A DNA stretch of 5,502 bases, taken from the IMG/VR virus record IMGVR_UViG_3300045988_051723, positions 1-5,502 of that record, one strand, 5' to 3'. Both the position numbers and the translations under genes were made by a program. Every line of letters begins with the position of its first letter. The stretch's first letter is position 1. Positions 5,366 through 5,502 of this stretch are shown here, in pieces. The DNA is from a virus. Below the pieces are notes generated by a model. The model was not told the origin of the DNA and ran no database searches. It saw nothing but the letters and a program-made list of their open reading frames with translations.

Positions 5366-5502
5366 ATGATGCACAAAACATGGAATGTGCGAGACCAGAC
5401 CGAAGAAAGTCTTAGACTAGAGGCCGAAAGACTATATAAACAGATAGAAGCTGGATTCAAGATGATAAAAAAAGTGTCCAGCTCAGAAGACGCAAAAAAA
5501 AT
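5366..5502 (+). CDS. Hypothetical protein, 5' part of the 81-aa junction-spanning ORF (continues at base 90 after the duplicated 89 nt)
   Basis: ATG 5366 lies 6 nt after AAGGAG (5354-5359). The frame is open to the window end. From 5414 onward it duplicates bases 1-89. Confidence 0.5.
   Translation, partial: MMHKTWNVRDQTEESLRLEAERLYKQIEAGFKMIKKVSSSEDAKK
5414..5502. repeat. Terminal redundancy (right copy)
   Basis: Exact copy of bases 1-89. Confidence 0.9.

Noticed and set aside
2790-5374. Further minus-strand ORFs (2790-2975, 3151-3381, 3837-4082, 3947-4138, 4113-4400, 4163-4351, 4704-5003, 4928-5374).
   Set aside because: The composition argument is the same. ORF 4704-5003 would also run through the iterons, the promoter and the peptidase start, and 4928-5374 is antisense to the peptidase and the 34-aa ORF.

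Overview
The window is one complete, circularly permuted genome of a Gokushovirinae-like microvirus (ssDNA, Microviridae) plus an assembly overhang. Bases 1-89 are identical to 5414-5502, so the unit genome is 5413 nt. Every supportable gene is on the + strand. Genes are tightly packed, mostly behind AGGAG-type Shine-Dalgarno sites, and several have overlapping stop/start codons. Circular gene order: consensus promoter (4804-4832), M15-family zinc peptidase (4860-5255), 34-aa orphan (5258-5362), 81-aa orphan crossing the window ends (5366-5502 joined to 1-198), 39-aa arginine-rich DNA-binding protein (164-283, below the ORF-track cutoff), 80-aa conserved small non-structural protein (295-537), scaffolding protein VP3 (530-925), major capsid protein VP1 (912-2564), pilot/minor capsid protein VP2 (2604-3431), HUH replication initiator VP4 (3428-4447, GTG start), terminator-like hairpin (4461-4490). 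The core genes are ordinary. The part worth attention is the roughly 1.1-kb stretch between VP4 and the small basic protein gene. It holds a 412-nt non-coding region with a CpG-rich alternating purine-pyrimidine palindromic island, nine TGTTGAAA-type iterons, and a textbook sigma70 promoter whose -35 box sits in a hairpin. That promoter is followed by an endolysin-like M15 peptidase with no recognisable holin or signal peptide, and then two orphan ORFs. A hairpin between the VP2 Shine-Dalgarno and its start codon is a second point of interest. Long minus-strand ORFs in the track are judged composition artefacts of the A-rich, T-poor + strand. No tRNA, rRNA, CRISPR or transposable element was seen.
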